Notes under the pieces: generated by a model
The model's database searches: none
The model's input: only the letters and a program-made list of their open reading frames with translations
What the model was told of the DNA's origin: nothing
NCBI RefSeq assembly: GCF_964194155.1
Contig: NC_135899.1
Span: 80,290,001 to 80,354,000 of the forward strand
DNA length: 64,000 nucleotides
Source: Cetorhinus maximus
Taxonomy: Eukaryota
Direction: 5' to 3'
In this document: positions 63,359 through 64,000 of the stretch, one piece after another
How the letters are laid out: each line of letters begins with the position of its first letter
Position numbering within the stretch: the stretch's first letter is position 1
Program-made: the position numbers and the translations under genes

Positions 63359-64000
63359 CTACGGATTACAAATCAATCAACATGATCATAAAGCATAAAT
63401 CGAACTGATCACACAAAGGATATCTGCCTTTCTATTGTTTTAAGGGCTTGGAGAATCAGGCAAGGATCAGTTGTGTGTACAAAGACCCTTAGTTTGCCTT
63501 CCCTGCACAGGCAAGTTGAACCCTGACTGACACCTGAATCTGTCATCCTGCCAACTGTAGGGATTTGCATTGTGGGTCAGGAGTTGATCAGAGGACAGTC
63601 ATGAAATCAGAGAAAATCTCAACGTTGGCCCTGCATCTGCAGCGCCTCTCACTGCACCACACCCATGGCCTGGAATCCCACCAATACCCTCAACACAAGT
63701 TCAGGGACCAACACCTGTGCCCCCCACCCCACCCCACAGCCTACCCCCACCCCCTTCACAGGGCCTGGGACTTTCCCCATTTCCCCAAAGGGCTTGGGGC
63801 TCCCCCTTGCACCTGACCACAGGGCTTGGGACTCCCCCTTGCACAGGCTGCTTGTGTGTAGGAAGTAATGAAGAGAAGCAAAAATGTTTACTTTATCAGA
63901 AAAGCAAAACCACACACCAACCTTTCAGTTCCAACCTCAAAGCTGACCTTCAACCCTCTACTCCCACCCACAACCCTCACCTCCACCCACAATCCACATC

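Overview
Eukaryotic, repeat-rich vertebrate DNA. The repeat content (Deu-domain SINEs, CR1/L2 LINEs, Penelope elements, Harbinger MITEs) and the histone sequence point to a cartilaginous fish (shark); this is an inference. Two host genes lie on the minus strand. One is the 3' part of a synaptotagmin-like 1 gene (SYTL1): eight frame-consistent exons from 58848 to the stop at 35913 encode the end of the linker plus C2A and C2B, with one weaker upstream exon candidate. The other is coding exon 1 of an NHE1-like Na+/H+ exchanger (SLC9A1-like, 11411-11165), whose first intron runs off the left edge. Between the genes is a ~14.3 kb Harbinger transposon (Myb/SANT gene plus DDE transposase). It is split by a full-length Gmr1-type Gypsy LTR element with a 5-bp TSD, which itself carries a MITE and a hairpin-rich insert. 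Most notable observations: (1) an intact intronless histone H2B ORF, flanked by a perfect 15-bp target-site duplication and lacking both stem-loop and poly(A), inserted in the GIY-YIG ORF of a Penelope element; (2) an RPLP1 retrocopy enclosed in a Harbinger-type MITE (possible Pack-TIR); (3) several minimal hammerhead ribozyme motifs in Penelope termini; (4) a cluster of same-orientation CTCF-like motifs upstream of the SLC9A1-like start. No prokaryotic system or CRISPR array is present. All calls were made by eye, without database searches.
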